A stretch of DNA of 64,000 nt from Bacteroidales bacterium. GTDB lineage: Bacteria; Bacteroidota; Bacteroidia; Bacteroidales; WRLA01. The stretch covers positions 4,332,640 through 4,396,639 of the forward strand of contig OY781463.1 in NCBI GenBank assembly GCA_963676725.1, given 5' to 3'. Numbering within the stretch: position 1 is the stretch's first letter; each line of letters opens with the position of its first letter. Under the pieces are notes generated by a model, which was not told the DNA's origin, ran no database searches, and saw only the letters and a program-made list of their open reading frames with translations. This document shows, piece by piece, positions 1 through 9,133 of the stretch. The translations under genes and the position numbers were made by a program.

Positions 1-1
1 A

Positions 2-508
2 TACGCCGTTAAGGCATTTAGATACAGCGCTATAGACTATTTATTAAAGCCAATAGAACCAAATCAACTCATTCATGCAATCAACAAGATTAGCACGAAC
101 AAAGCCAAAGAGGATTTGATTGATAAAATAAATCAATTTTTAGCGAAATATCCAGCAGATCTATTTGTTAAGAAAAAAATCCAAATATCAACATCTACAG
201 CTACTTTTTTCATTGATTTAGAAAAACTGATACATGCTGAAACAGAAAACAAATATGCCCGTCTTATTTTTAAAGACAGGGACGATATTGTAATTTCTAA
301 ATCCCTCAGTGACTTTGAAAAAATGGCAAAAGACTATAAGAATATCTTTCGTGTGCACAAATCGCACCTTATTAATTTGGATCATGTCGTGTCCTTGGAT
401 CGAAAATCAAATTCAATGCTCGTAACAATGATCGACAACACAAAAGTAGAAGTATCAAACAGAAGGCGTGAATTACTCATTAATGCATTAATGGAACAAG
501 TTGAATAA
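2..508 (+). CDS. LytTR-family response regulator, 5' end cut by window edge
   Basis: The frame of ORF 116..508 stays open back to nt 2. The upstream part reads AVKAFRYSAIDYLLKPIEPNQL, the end of a CheY-type receiver. The downstream part has a LytTR-type DNA-binding signature (IFRVHKSHLINLDHV). Confidence 0.8.
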   Translation, partial: YAVKAFRYSAIDYLLKPIEPNQLIHAINKISTNKAKEDLIDKINQFLAKYPADLFVKKKIQISTSTATFFIDLEKLIHAETENKYARLIFKDRDDIVISKSLSDFEKMAKDYKNIFRVHKSHLINLDHVVSLDRKSNSMLVTMIDNTKVEVSNRRRELLINALMEQVE

Positions 509-1598
509 TATTGGCATGACAACAGCTGAATCACGTTCAAGACACGTTCTCTATGACGATCCACTTCATTATTATAATGATCTTCTGTTTAATATTCAAA
601 GAGCCAGAAAATACATATATATAGAGGTGTATCGCTTTGGCCATGATGCTATTGGCAAGAAAATCAGAGAAGCCCTAAGAAAGAAACTACTCGAGAACGT
701 TGAAGTAAAGCTTCTTGTAGATTCTTGGGGCACAGCAAATGTGGATCCTTTTTTTTCTTCATTAAAAGAACTCAATGCAGAAGTTCGGGCATTTTCTCGA
801 ATTAAACTGAACCTCAACTTTTTCACAAATAGTCATCGACGTAACCATCAAAAAATTATTATTATTGATGACCGCATAAGTTATTTGGGCTCGTGTAACC
901 TAACCGGATATAACCTTTCTTGGCGCGAGCTGGTTCTCAAATCAACAAATATTGATATTGCACTGGCATTAAAAAATGTCTTTCTGCAAATGTTTCATCT
1001 GTACAATAAATACCTGCTCGAAAAATCCATATATACACGTCCCATAAATGTAGCCGGCATGACCATCCTGCGTGACGTTCCATCAATCAGAAGGCAGCCG
1101 GTCAAAAAAAAGTACTTGAGGCTAATTAGAAACGCGCGAAAAAGTATAATTATTGAAACCCCTTATTTTCTGCCCAGCTTTTTGCTGAGAAAGGCTTTAA
1201 TGGCAGCTGCAGAACGAGGGGTAAAAGTCACGGTCATTACACCAAAAAATTCTGATGTAAAAATGGTTGATATACTCAGAAATAAATATCTGGGAATGCT
1301 CCATAAAAAAGGGGTTTCAATCCAATATTATACACCGGAGAACCTCCACGCAAAGCTATTATTTGTTGATAACACTATTTTTTCTATAGGATCCCCAAAT
1401 TTCGATTATCGTAGCTTTCGCTTTCAGCATGAAATAATTATCGTTGGAAAAAACAAACAAATCGTACGCAAATTGCAGCGGCATATTGAAGGAAGCTTAG
1501 AAAATTCAATTGCTTTTGATTATGATCTATGGCTGAACCGTTCACAAATTGAAAAATTCTTTTCTTGGCTTATCGTTCCATTTCGCCATCTGTTATAG
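501..1598 (+). CDS. Phospholipase D superfamily / cardiolipin-synthase-like protein
   Basis: Two HKD motifs are present: HRRNHQKIIIIDD and NLHAKLLFVDN followed by GSPNFD. The ORF opens with TTG at 501, and the first ATG is at 516. It overlaps the upstream regulator by 8 nt if the TTG is used. Confidence 0.8.
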   Translation: MNNIGMTTAESRSRHVLYDDPLHYYNDLLFNIQRARKYIYIEVYRFGHDAIGKKIREALRKKLLENVEVKLLVDSWGTANVDPFFSSLKELNAEVRAFSRIKLNLNFFTNSHRRNHQKIIIIDDRISYLGSCNLTGYNLSWRELVLKSTNIDIALALKNVFLQMFHLYNKYLLEKSIYTRPINVAGMTILRDVPSIRRQPVKKKYLRLIRNARKSIIIETPYFLPSFLLRKALMAAAERGVKVTVITPKNSDVKMVDILRNKYLGMLHKKGVSIQYYTPENLHAKLLFVDNTIFSIGSPNFDYRSFRFQHEIIIVGKNKQIVRKLQRHIEGSLENSIAFDYDLWLNRSQIEKFFSWLIVPFRHLL

Positions 1599-2514
1599 CA
1601 GTCTTTCCTTTGTTTTTATTTACAATATAAACACCTGTAAAAATCAAAATTCCAGCAGCCAGCTGAATAATATCCAAATTTTCAAGCCCTGTCGCCCAGG
1701 CAATAAATGCCGCGATTAGTGGCTGCAGGTATATATAATAGGCTGTTGTACTGGCTTCTAAAAACTTCAGTGCCCAAGCTGTTAACAAAAACGCCAGAAA
1801 AGTAACAATAAATATAATATATCCCAATGACATCCAGGCACTTATTGTTAAATGCGCGGCATTAAACCCTGATAAGGCAGGAATAGTTAAAGGAGCCCCG
1901 AAGAGAAAACCGAAGGTAAAAGCCCATTTCATTACGGTAACCGGGTGATATTTTGCCATCATTGGTTTTACAACAACCAAATAAAGACCATATGCACTGA
2001 TATTTAGAAAAATAAGAAAATTACCAAGCATGCCTGAAGCATTAAAATCCATCTCTTTACCATGAAGAATCAAAATGATGGAGCCACAAAAGCCAAGAAT
2101 AACACCAATACTTTTAGTCAGGCTCACCTTTTCATGAACAATTAAAGCAGCAAAAATGAGTACCAATATGGGACTTGTGCTGTGAATAATGGATGCATCC
2201 ACAGCCGTGGTTAAATTCAGCCCGACAAACATTGCAATTTGATTCACAGTAATGCCAACAAAACCACAAAAAGCGAGGCGAGCCAAATCCTTTTTCTGTA
2301 CCTTTTCCTTCACAAAAAAAGCATGCATCAGCCATAAAAGAACAGCAGTGATACTTACCCTAAAAAAAATAAGTTGTAATGGACTTAAATATCCGGGCAT
2401 CAAACTCTTGGCAATAAAATAATTTAACCCAAAAATCAGGCTAACGGCCAATAATGCCATATGCGGAAGCCATCGTACTATTTTAATACTGCCCATAATA
2501 CAAATGAACAACAA
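1570..2514 (-). CDS. EamA/DMT-family membrane transporter
   Basis: The 314-aa product is almost entirely hydrophobic, with about 10 TM segments in two similar halves, as is typical of EamA-domain permeases. It converges on the PLD gene with a 29-nt overlap. Confidence 0.7.
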   Translation of the reverse strand: MLFICIMGSIKIVRWLPHMALLAVSLIFGLNYFIAKSLMPGYLSPLQLIFFRVSITAVLLWLMHAFFVKEKVQKKDLARLAFCGFVGITVNQIAMFVGLNLTTAVDASIIHSTSPILVLIFAALIVHEKVSLTKSIGVILGFCGSIILILHGKEMDFNASGMLGNFLIFLNISAYGLYLVVVKPMMAKYHPVTVMKWAFTFGFLFGAPLTIPALSGFNAAHLTISAWMSLGYIIFIVTFLAFLLTAWALKFLEASTTAYYIYLQPLIAAFIAWATGLENLDIIQLAAGILIFTGVYIVNKNKGKTAITDGEMER

Positions 2515-2562
2515 TTATTTTAAAATGGCTTGATCAAACAAAAGCAAAAAACCCCTTTCTGA

Positions 2563-4101
2563 TTAAAGAGGAATATTTCCATGCTTTTTGGGCGGATTTG
2601 ATTTGCTCTTTGTCTGGGTCATATCCAATGCCTGAATCAATTTTTTTCTTGTGTCTCGTGGATAAATAATCTCATCAATATAACCCAGGGAAGCCGCTTT
2701 ATAAGGGCTTGCAAAGCGCGCTTTATAATCTTCTACTGCTTTTTGCCGCTCTTCTTCAGTCAGTTTGCCTTTATAAATAATATTTACTGCACCTTCAGGG
2801 CCCATTACTGCTATTTCAGCTGTTGGATAAGCAAAATTCACATCGGCGCCTATATGCTTGCTCGACATTACATCATATGCACCCCCATAAGCTTTGCGGG
2901 TAATGAGCGTAATTTTAGGAACAGTTGCTTCGGCATATGCATAAAGCAATTTAGCACCATGTTTGATGATACCACCATATTCCTGTTCTGTTCCGGGTAA
3001 AAATCCAGGAACATCTTCCAATGTAATCAAGGGGATATTAAAGGAATCGCAAAAACGCACGAAACGAGCTGCTTTTACAGAAGCATCAATATTGAGGACA
3101 CCGGCCAGCACTGAAGGTTGGTTGGCAATTATTCCAACAGGTTTCCCGTTCAGCCTTGCAAAGCCAATAATAATATTCTGTGCATAATGAGCCTGAATTT
3201 CGAAGAAATGCTGATCATCAACGACATTCGTAATGATCTCTTTCATATCATACGGCTTATTGGGGTCAACCGGAACAATTTCATCAAGCGCTTTAATGCT
3301 TCGGTTTGGATCGTCAGTGCACACTTTCACAGGAGGGTCTTCCATATTGTTCAAAGGCAGAAAGCTCATCAGCTCGCGCAGCATCATCATTGCCATTTCG
3401 TCGTCGTCAGCCATCAGGTGAGCCACACCACTTTTGCTGTTATGGGTCATCGCCCCTCCAAGATCCTCTTTACTCACTTCTTCGTGGGTGACAGTTTTAA
3501 TAACATCCGGACCCGTTACAAACATATAACTGGTTTTTTGCACCATCATAATAAAATCGGTAATGGCAGGAGAATAGACAGCCCCTCCGGCACAAGGGCC
3601 AAGAATTGCCGAGATTTGAGGAATAACGCCTGAACTCATTACGTTCCGATAAAAAATATCAGCATAACCTCCGAGGCTTTCCACTCCTTCTTGAATTCTG
3701 GCGCCTCCGGAATCATTTAAACCAATAACAGGTGCACCCATTTTCATGGCGAGATCCATTATTTTTATAATTTTATCAGCATTCGCACGACTCAGACTCC
3801 CGCCGAAGACAGTAAAATCCTGAGCAAAAACATACATCAAGCGACCATCAATTTTTCCATAACCTGTTACGACGCCATCACCGATAATCTTGTTCTTTTC
3901 CATTCCAAAATCGTGGGTACGATGCGTAACAAATCGATCCATTTCAACAAAGGTTCCCGGATCTAATAATGATTTTAATCGTTCACGAGCTGTTTTTCTT
4001 CCGGCTTTATGTTGTTTTTCAATACGATCTATACCTCCACCGAGCAGAGCCTTTTCGTTATTTGCTTCGAGCTCTTGATATTTTTCTTCTCTTGTTCCCA
4101 T
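2563..4101 (-). CDS. Acyl-CoA carboxylase carboxyltransferase (beta) subunit, propionyl-CoA carboxylase / methylmalonyl-CoA carboxyltransferase family
   Basis: The 512-aa product shows typical family blocks ([58 protein letters not shown]). It is the last gene of a three-gene carboxylase operon. Confidence 0.9.
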   Translation of the reverse strand: MGTREEKYQELEANNEKALLGGGIDRIEKQHKAGRKTARERLKSLLDPGTFVEMDRFVTHRTHDFGMEKNKIIGDGVVTGYGKIDGRLMYVFAQDFTVFGGSLSRANADKIIKIMDLAMKMGAPVIGLNDSGGARIQEGVESLGGYADIFYRNVMSSGVIPQISAILGPCAGGAVYSPAITDFIMMVQKTSYMFVTGPDVIKTVTHEEVSKEDLGGAMTHNSKSGVAHLMADDDEMAMMMLRELMSFLPLNNMEDPPVKVCTDDPNRSIKALDEIVPVDPNKPYDMKEIITNVVDDQHFFEIQAHYAQNIIIGFARLNGKPVGIIANQPSVLAGVLNIDASVKAARFVRFCDSFNIPLITLEDVPGFLPGTEQEYGGIIKHGAKLLYAYAEATVPKITLITRKAYGGAYDVMSSKHIGADVNFAYPTAEIAVMGPEGAVNIIYKGKLTEEERQKAVEDYKARFASPYKAASLGYIDEIIYPRDTRKKLIQALDMTQTKSKSNPPKKHGNIPL

Positions 4102-4117
4102 AGTCTAAAATTCTGTT

Positions 4118-4624
4118 TTATTCCAAAATAATTAATGGCTGATTGGCTGTAATTGCCTGGCCTTCCTCTACAAGGATTTCTTGAATGTGTCGATCCGTTT
4201 TTGCTTTGTATTCGCTTTGCATTTTCATAGCCTCAACAATAATTAAAGTTGTTCCGGCATTCACTTCATCACCGGGCTTCACTAATATTTTAACAACTTT
4301 TCCGGGCATTGGTGTTGAAATTATTTTGCCCTCATCCTCATCATTGCCTTGATTTCTGCTGTTTAAATATTTGGTTTCAGCATCAATAATCTGCACATCA
4401 TAAGAGTCCTTATAGGTATTTACGGTGAATTTTTTGGCTTCTTTTGTTTTGATGAGCTCGATATTATACGATTTCCCTTGATAAAGAAGGGAATAAACAT
4501 CCTGCTCAACCATCACGATATCGACCTCATAGGTTTTTCCATCAACAATAATTCTTGCTTTATTTCCGTCACGTCCCAAAAATTCAGTTTCCGCGATTCT
4601 ATCGCCAATTTTAATCTCAAGCAT
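4118..4624 (-). CDS. Biotin carboxyl carrier (biotin/lipoyl attachment) protein
   Basis: The C-terminal biotinyl domain carries the EAMKMQ biotinylation motif. The gene lies between the biotin carboxylase and the carboxyltransferase. Confidence 0.85.
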   Translation of the reverse strand: MLEIKIGDRIAETEFLGRDGNKARIIVDGKTYEVDIVMVEQDVYSLLYQGKSYNIELIKTKEAKKFTVNTYKDSYDVQIIDAETKYLNSRNQGNDEDEGKIISTPMPGKVVKILVKPGDEVNAGTTLIIVEAMKMQSEYKAKTDRHIQEILVEEGQAITANQPLIILE

Positions 4625-4633
4625 ATCTGGTAT

Positions 4634-6142
4634 TTAAAATCGTAAAACACTTTTTTTGCGGCCAAAATCCTTCCAATTATTTCCAAGCTGAGCCGGGATT
4701 TTGCTGGGCTGAAGTTTCTCGAGCCGGTCTGTATAATCGATAAGAGCTGTTATTATAGCCATATCCTCGCAAACATCGCTGCAGGCATCTTTCTGAAGCA
4801 GGCTTTCCAAATGATCCTCTATAAAATGGGTGTTGTAGTTCCCTTGAACAAAAACAGGATGTTGCATAATTTTTTCGAGAAATTTGATCGAGGTTTTCAC
4901 GCCAGTAATTTTATATGCATAAAGCGCCCTGTTCATTCTTCGGATCGCCTCATTACGACTACTGGCCCAAACAATCAACTTAGAGATCATTGGGTCATAA
5001 TGGATTGGTATTTCATAATCCTGATACACATATCCATCGTGGCGCACACCAAGCCCAAGTGGCTCAGTAATATGACTAATGATGCCGGGGCTGGGCATAA
5101 AATTCTGATCCGTATCTTCCGCATAAATACGGCACTCAATTGCATGACCATTTTGTTTCAGGTCTTGCTGAGCAAAGGGCAAATCCATTCCTTGAGCAAT
5201 ATTAATCTGTTCTTTTACAAGGTCGACACCCACAACTCGTTCGGTAATAGGATGTTCCACCTGCAGTCGTGTATTCATTTCAAGGAAATAATAATTGAGG
5301 TTGTCGTCCATAATAAACTCAATCGTTCCGGCGCCATGGTATTGCACCGCCTTTGCAGCAGCAACAGCATCTTGACCCATTTGCGCCCTGATTGCCTCAT
5401 TGAGCAGGGGTGATGGCGTTTCTTCGACTACTTTTTGATGGCGCCTTTGCACGGAGCATTCTCTTTCAAAAAGATGCACAGTATGGCCTGCTTTATCGGC
5501 AAGAATCTGAAATTCTATATGGTGAGGCGATGAGATATATTTTTCAATATACACCGCATCATTACCAAAAGCAGCTTTTGCTTCTGAGCGCGCAGAGCGC
5601 AAACTGTCTAAAATATCTTCTTGCTTTTTTACCAGCCTCATCCCTTTTCCACCACCTCCGGCAGAGGCTTTAATCATCACAGGCAAGCCAATCTCCATAA
5701 TGGTTTTTAGAGCATCTTCTTCGCTAAGGATGGGTTCCGATGTTCCGGGAACAACAGGAACCCCTGCTTTAATCATTGTTTTTCGTGCTGTAATTTTATC
5801 GCCCATTGTTTTAATGGCGTAGGGGTCCGGGCCAATAAACACAATACCTTCATCAGAACATCTTTGGGCAAAATCAGCATTTTCCGATAAAAACCCATAA
5901 CCTGGATGAATTGCGTCGGCTTGGCATTTTTTTGCAACATCAATTATTTTTTCAATTTTCAAATAACTTTCTGTTGATGGAGGTGCACCAATACAATAAG
6001 CCTCATCCGCATAGCGAACATGCATCGAAGTGCGGTCTGCTTCCGAGAACACAGCGACCGAACGAATATCCATTTCGCGGCAAGAACGCATGATCCTTAT
6101 TGCAATTTCTCCTCTGTTTGCTACTAATACTTTCCTAATCAT
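4634..6142 (-). CDS. accC: Biotin carboxylase subunit of acetyl/propionyl-CoA carboxylase
   Basis: The N-terminus MIRKVLVANRGEIAIRIMR, the ATP-grasp glycine loop (KASAGGGGKGMR) and EMNTRLQVEHPITE are all hallmarks of biotin carboxylase. Confidence 0.9.
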   Translation of the reverse strand: MIRKVLVANRGEIAIRIMRSCREMDIRSVAVFSEADRTSMHVRYADEAYCIGAPPSTESYLKIEKIIDVAKKCQADAIHPGYGFLSENADFAQRCSDEGIVFIGPDPYAIKTMGDKITARKTMIKAGVPVVPGTSEPILSEEDALKTIMEIGLPVMIKASAGGGGKGMRLVKKQEDILDSLRSARSEAKAAFGNDAVYIEKYISSPHHIEFQILADKAGHTVHLFERECSVQRRHQKVVEETPSPLLNEAIRAQMGQDAVAAAKAVQYHGAGTIEFIMDDNLNYYFLEMNTRLQVEHPITERVVGVDLVKEQINIAQGMDLPFAQQDLKQNGHAIECRIYAEDTDQNFMPSPGIISHITEPLGLGVRHDGYVYQDYEIPIHYDPMISKLIVWASSRNEAIRRMNRALYAYKITGVKTSIKFLEKIMQHPVFVQGNYNTHFIEDHLESLLQKDACSDVCEDMAIITALIDYTDRLEKLQPSKIPAQLGNNWKDFGRKKSVLRF

Positions 6143-6228
6143 TGCTTATATTTGTAACTTATAACAATTTAAGAGCGTAAAAGTACTAAGTTATTTTTAA
6201 ATTCCAAGGATTTACATATGTATTTTAT

Positions 6229-6236
6229 TATATTTG
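6229..6236 (+). promoter_or_regulatory. Bacteroidetes-type -7 box (TATATTTG = TAnnTTTG)
   Basis: An exact TAnnTTTG match lies 5 nt upstream of the ATG at 6241. This would give a leaderless or near-leaderless transcript. Confidence 0.3.
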
Positions 6237-6240
6237 TCGG

Positions 6241-6399
6241 ATGAACACAGATCAATTTAAACTTGATAAAGAACAAGCAAAAAAGAGACCTACGATTGAT
6301 AGGGTCTTAACCATAATATTTATTGGAGAACAAATTCTACTTATGCTCTACATTATTTTTAAAAAGGGGAATGATATTTTAGAGTTTTTCTTTGGCTAA
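6241..6399 (+). CDS. Possible small membrane protein (52 aa), below the ORF-track cutoff
   Basis: The ATG..TAA ORF reads MNTDQFKLDKEQAKKRPTIDRVLTIIFIGEQILLMLYIIFKKGNDILEFFFG and has one hydrophobic helix. It is preceded by a TAnnTTTG box and followed by a strong hairpin. I have no homology evidence. Confidence 0.3.
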   Translation: MNTDQFKLDKEQAKKRPTIDRVLTIIFIGEQILLMLYIIFKKGNDILEFFFG

Positions 6400-6406
6400 A
6401 AAAACC

Positions 6407-6431
6407 AAACCCTCCGGGGGGTGGAGGGTTT
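6407..6431. terminator. Intrinsic-terminator-like hairpin (AAACCCTCC / GGAGGGTTT)
   Basis: A perfect 9-bp GC-rich stem has a 7-nt loop. The A-run on the + side becomes TTTGGTTTTTTT after the hairpin on the - strand. It therefore fits best as the terminator of minus-strand transcription leaving the NRPS operon, and may also stop the small + ORF. Confidence 0.5.
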
Positions 6432-6719
6432 AATAGTATGGAAAACCTATGAAATAATAATAAAAGAAGTATTAATATAAGGGGTTGTATTTTGGTTTAT
6501 TGAATAAACCTGATTTAAGAGCCAATTGCTAAAAGAACGTTTTACTATTAATACCCTTTCGTTTAGGCAATATTCACAAATCATGCCTTTCTATAAATGC
6601 CTATAAATCATATTATTGCCATTTTTACATTCCCAAGAAAATGTCCAACTTTCATAAAGTTTCTATATTTTGGAATGCTTGTGGTTTTTGAAAAAGCCGG
6701 GTGAATATGTCGCAGAACT

Positions 6720-7547
6720 CTAATAAACAGTTATTTTAGCGCTTGTTTTACTAAATAAAGCCCTGATATTCCTCGGCAGCATCTTCAATAAAAAATAAAT
6801 ATGCTGAAAAAAACCGGGGAAACTATAAACTTTGCCATAATTATCAAGTGTCTTAAATTTGGAATCCGCTTGATATATTCGCTCTACAGCAATCACCATC
6901 ATATCTTCAGAAGCTCTCAATTGCCTGTCATTTAATGTTTTTAAAGTATCCGACAAAAATACAGGGACTTGCTTTTCACAGATTGGAATGCCACAATCCA
7001 CACCGGCTCCAATGCACTGAACGGTAATACCTGCAAATTTCTCCCCAAAATACAACTCCCAATAACCCGGGGGCTGCCCTCTGTACTTACGCATATCTCC
7101 ATAATGGAACGATAGAATTCCTCGGGGAAAAAGATCAATTAGGGTTTTTCGTACAATTTTATGATATCCAAAAAGGATCGCCAAATCGGCATTTAGACTT
7201 TGAATAAAACAAAGTGCTTCTGGCGTATACAATTTTTCAAAGTGAGTGATCGGCAAGCCTTTCTTTTCTCCAAGCTCCAATCTTATATTATATAAGGCAG
7301 CCGCGTCCCTATTTTTTTGAAAACAGTTTTTTACCTTCCTCCAAAAAAGCCCGAAGGCCATAATCATCATATATCCACCCCTTTTTTTTCGAAAGCTCGT
7401 CTTTATCATTTCTTTTAAGGGCTTTTTTTGTCGGGGGTTAATAATTACCCCCACTATTTCATATCGGGGATTGTCCCAAATTGGACTAAAAACCTCATAG
7501 TTATATTTTCCAAAAACAGGATGTTCAGTAATAAACAGAATTTTCAT
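6720..7547 (-). CDS. Formyltransferase-fold protein (Fmt/PurN N-terminal domain-like), last gene of the NRPS operon
   Basis: The block LNADLAILFGYHKIVRKTLIDLFPRGILSFHYGDMRKYRGQPPGYWELYFGEKFAGITVQCIGAGVDCGIPI aligns by eye to the Fmt core (..INVHGSLLPRWRGAAPIQ..GVTIMQMDVGLDTGDML). The His and Asp are kept, and the Asn position reads Ser. It overlaps the upstream gene by 4 nt. Confidence 0.55.
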   Translation of the reverse strand: MKILFITEHPVFGKYNYEVFSPIWDNPRYEIVGVIINPRQKKPLKEMIKTSFRKKRGGYMMIMAFGLFWRKVKNCFQKNRDAAALYNIRLELGEKKGLPITHFEKLYTPEALCFIQSLNADLAILFGYHKIVRKTLIDLFPRGILSFHYGDMRKYRGQPPGYWELYFGEKFAGITVQCIGAGVDCGIPICEKQVPVFLSDTLKTLNDRQLRASEDMMVIAVERIYQADSKFKTLDNYGKVYSFPGFFQHIYFLLKMLPRNIRALFSKTSAKITVY

Positions 7548-8365
7548 AAACCATTCTTTTGGATAAATTGATTAATTTTTTCGCCAAACTCTTTTCTTGC
7601 AGTAAGATTCGTATGCCCCGCATTTTTAATGAAATATAGCTCATCATTCTCTCCTAAATACTCTTTGATCCGGCTAATTTCTCCTTTGTCTATACTATTA
7701 TCCAACTCTCCATGAAGAAAAAGAACGGGACATTTTGCCTCTTCTACATATCTATAGACAGGTATATCGAAACGACGCCAACCAAAAGGAACCCAGGCAA
7801 ATTTTCGTCCAAGCAAGTCATCAAAACTAAAATAACCACTTACGATAACCAAAGCACCAACAGGATGTTGCGAAGCGATCCAGGCGGCTTGACCTGCTCC
7901 AAAACTGATCGAATAGCATATAATTTTATCAGACGGCCATACATTATTCACGTATTGATATATCGATTCCGCATCATTTTTAAAGTCTTCAAAAGAGTTA
8001 TAGCTTCCTCTGCTTTTCCCGTTTGCACGATGATCGATCACATAAATATCCTTAGCTGCCCGATAAAATGGATTGTCTTCAAAACGTATATTTTTCAACA
8101 TAGCACCGGACGATCGAAAATAGATCACAGCGCCATTGCTCTCAGGATGAGAAAAATGTAACCCCTTGAGTACGGTTTCACTATCGGGCTTAATTGTGAT
8201 TTCTTCGAATGGAATATCAAAACTATATTCAAAATCATCAGCAATCGGCCTGTGGTACATAATTAATTTTTCTTCAAAAGAATAAAACAGCACCGAAGCT
8301 ATAATATAAATTACAGCAGCTGCACTCAAAATCAGGAGCACTATTTTAAGGTTTCTATTTCTCAT
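7544..8365 (-). CDS. Membrane-anchored alpha/beta-fold hydrolase
   Basis: There is an N-terminal TM helix (LKIVLLILSAAAVIYIIASVLF). A nucleophile-elbow-like SISFGAG is present, followed by LHGELD and GHTN, giving the Ser/Asp/His order of the alpha/beta hydrolase fold. It overlaps the PPTase gene by 11 nt. Confidence 0.6.
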   Translation of the reverse strand: MRNRNLKIVLLILSAAAVIYIIASVLFYSFEEKLIMYHRPIADDFEYSFDIPFEEITIKPDSETVLKGLHFSHPESNGAVIYFRSSGAMLKNIRFEDNPFYRAAKDIYVIDHRANGKSRGSYNSFEDFKNDAESIYQYVNNVWPSDKIICYSISFGAGQAAWIASQHPVGALVIVSGYFSFDDLLGRKFAWVPFGWRRFDIPVYRYVEEAKCPVLFLHGELDNSIDKGEISRIKEYLGENDELYFIKNAGHTNLTARKEFGEKINQFIQKNGL

Positions 8366-9128
8366 TATTTAGGAGCAAGTTTACAAAATCGTTTAAACCT
8401 GCAACAAAAAGAATATTCGGCTCTATCTTGTCCGATTTTTGACAATAAGAAAGGGCATAGTCCTCCATATCAATTGTTTGTATAGAAAAACACTCCTCTT
8501 TTCTATCGAACAAAAGAGGATCTTCCATGCCAATTTTGCGTCGGCCATGAAGCAAATTTAAACTGTTCAAATCTGTACTAATACCGATTCCTGTTGCTTT
8601 CAGGAAAGCCTCTTTTCTTGTCCAGATGCAAAAAAAACGTTCTGTAAGTGCGTCCTCACTATCGTTTACCCAGTTTTCTTCTTCCGGGTGAAAATAGTGT
8701 TTACTTATATTTTTAAGGCTTCGTTTCTTTTTCATCTGTTCTACATCCACTCCGCATTCTTGATTAGAAATAAAAAAAGCGACCCGTTGTCCTGAATGGG
8801 AATAATTAAACTGTATTTGAGGATAATCTGGCAAAAAAGGCTTCCCTTTTGCAGTAGTAGCAATATTTATATCTAAAGCATTTAATTTCAATATTTTAGA
8901 AAGCATAAGCCGTAAAACGGCATGAGCAGTTAAATGCCTTTTTTGATCTGCTTCAAATTTATAGCGTTCCATTCGCTCAATTTCCTCCTTGCGAAGAAAA
9001 GCCTTAAGGTTTGGCGGAGCCTCTCCCTCAATGTTCAGACATAAAAGAATATTTTTGGCGTTTAAAAAGCCTGCGCCACTTAAATCCATTTTAACAACTT
9101 GCCCCACAGAAACCTGAACTAGTGCCAT
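8355..9128 (-). CDS. Sfp-type 4'-phosphopantetheinyl transferase
   Basis: Sfp-family motifs are present: FNYSHSGQ, CGVDVE and WTRKEAFLKATG. The gene starts 5 nt after the NRPS stop. Confidence 0.85.
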   Translation of the reverse strand: MALVQVSVGQVVKMDLSGAGFLNAKNILLCLNIEGEAPPNLKAFLRKEEIERMERYKFEADQKRHLTAHAVLRLMLSKILKLNALDINIATTAKGKPFLPDYPQIQFNYSHSGQRVAFFISNQECGVDVEQMKKKRSLKNISKHYFHPEEENWVNDSEDALTERFFCIWTRKEAFLKATGIGISTDLNSLNLLHGRRKIGMEDPLLFDRKEECFSIQTIDMEDYALSYCQKSDKIEPNILFVAGLNDFVNLLLNNEK

Positions 9129-9133
9129 TTGTT

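Noticed and set aside
2743-6093. Several ORF-track entries lie on the + strand inside the carboxylase operon, for example 3118..3633 (171 aa), 4811..5413 (200 aa) and 5410..5673.
   Set aside because: They lie antisense to genes with unmistakable, full-length conserved products. Their translations are low-complexity with no motifs, as is typical of shadow ORFs.
2563-6142. The acyl-CoA carboxylase operon could be part of the NRPS gene cluster, for example as a precursor supply.
   Set aside because: It is separated from the operon by 578 bp with a hairpin terminator. The NRPS has no PKS or malonyl-using domain, and this three-gene carboxylase set is ordinary core metabolism in Bacteroidetes.
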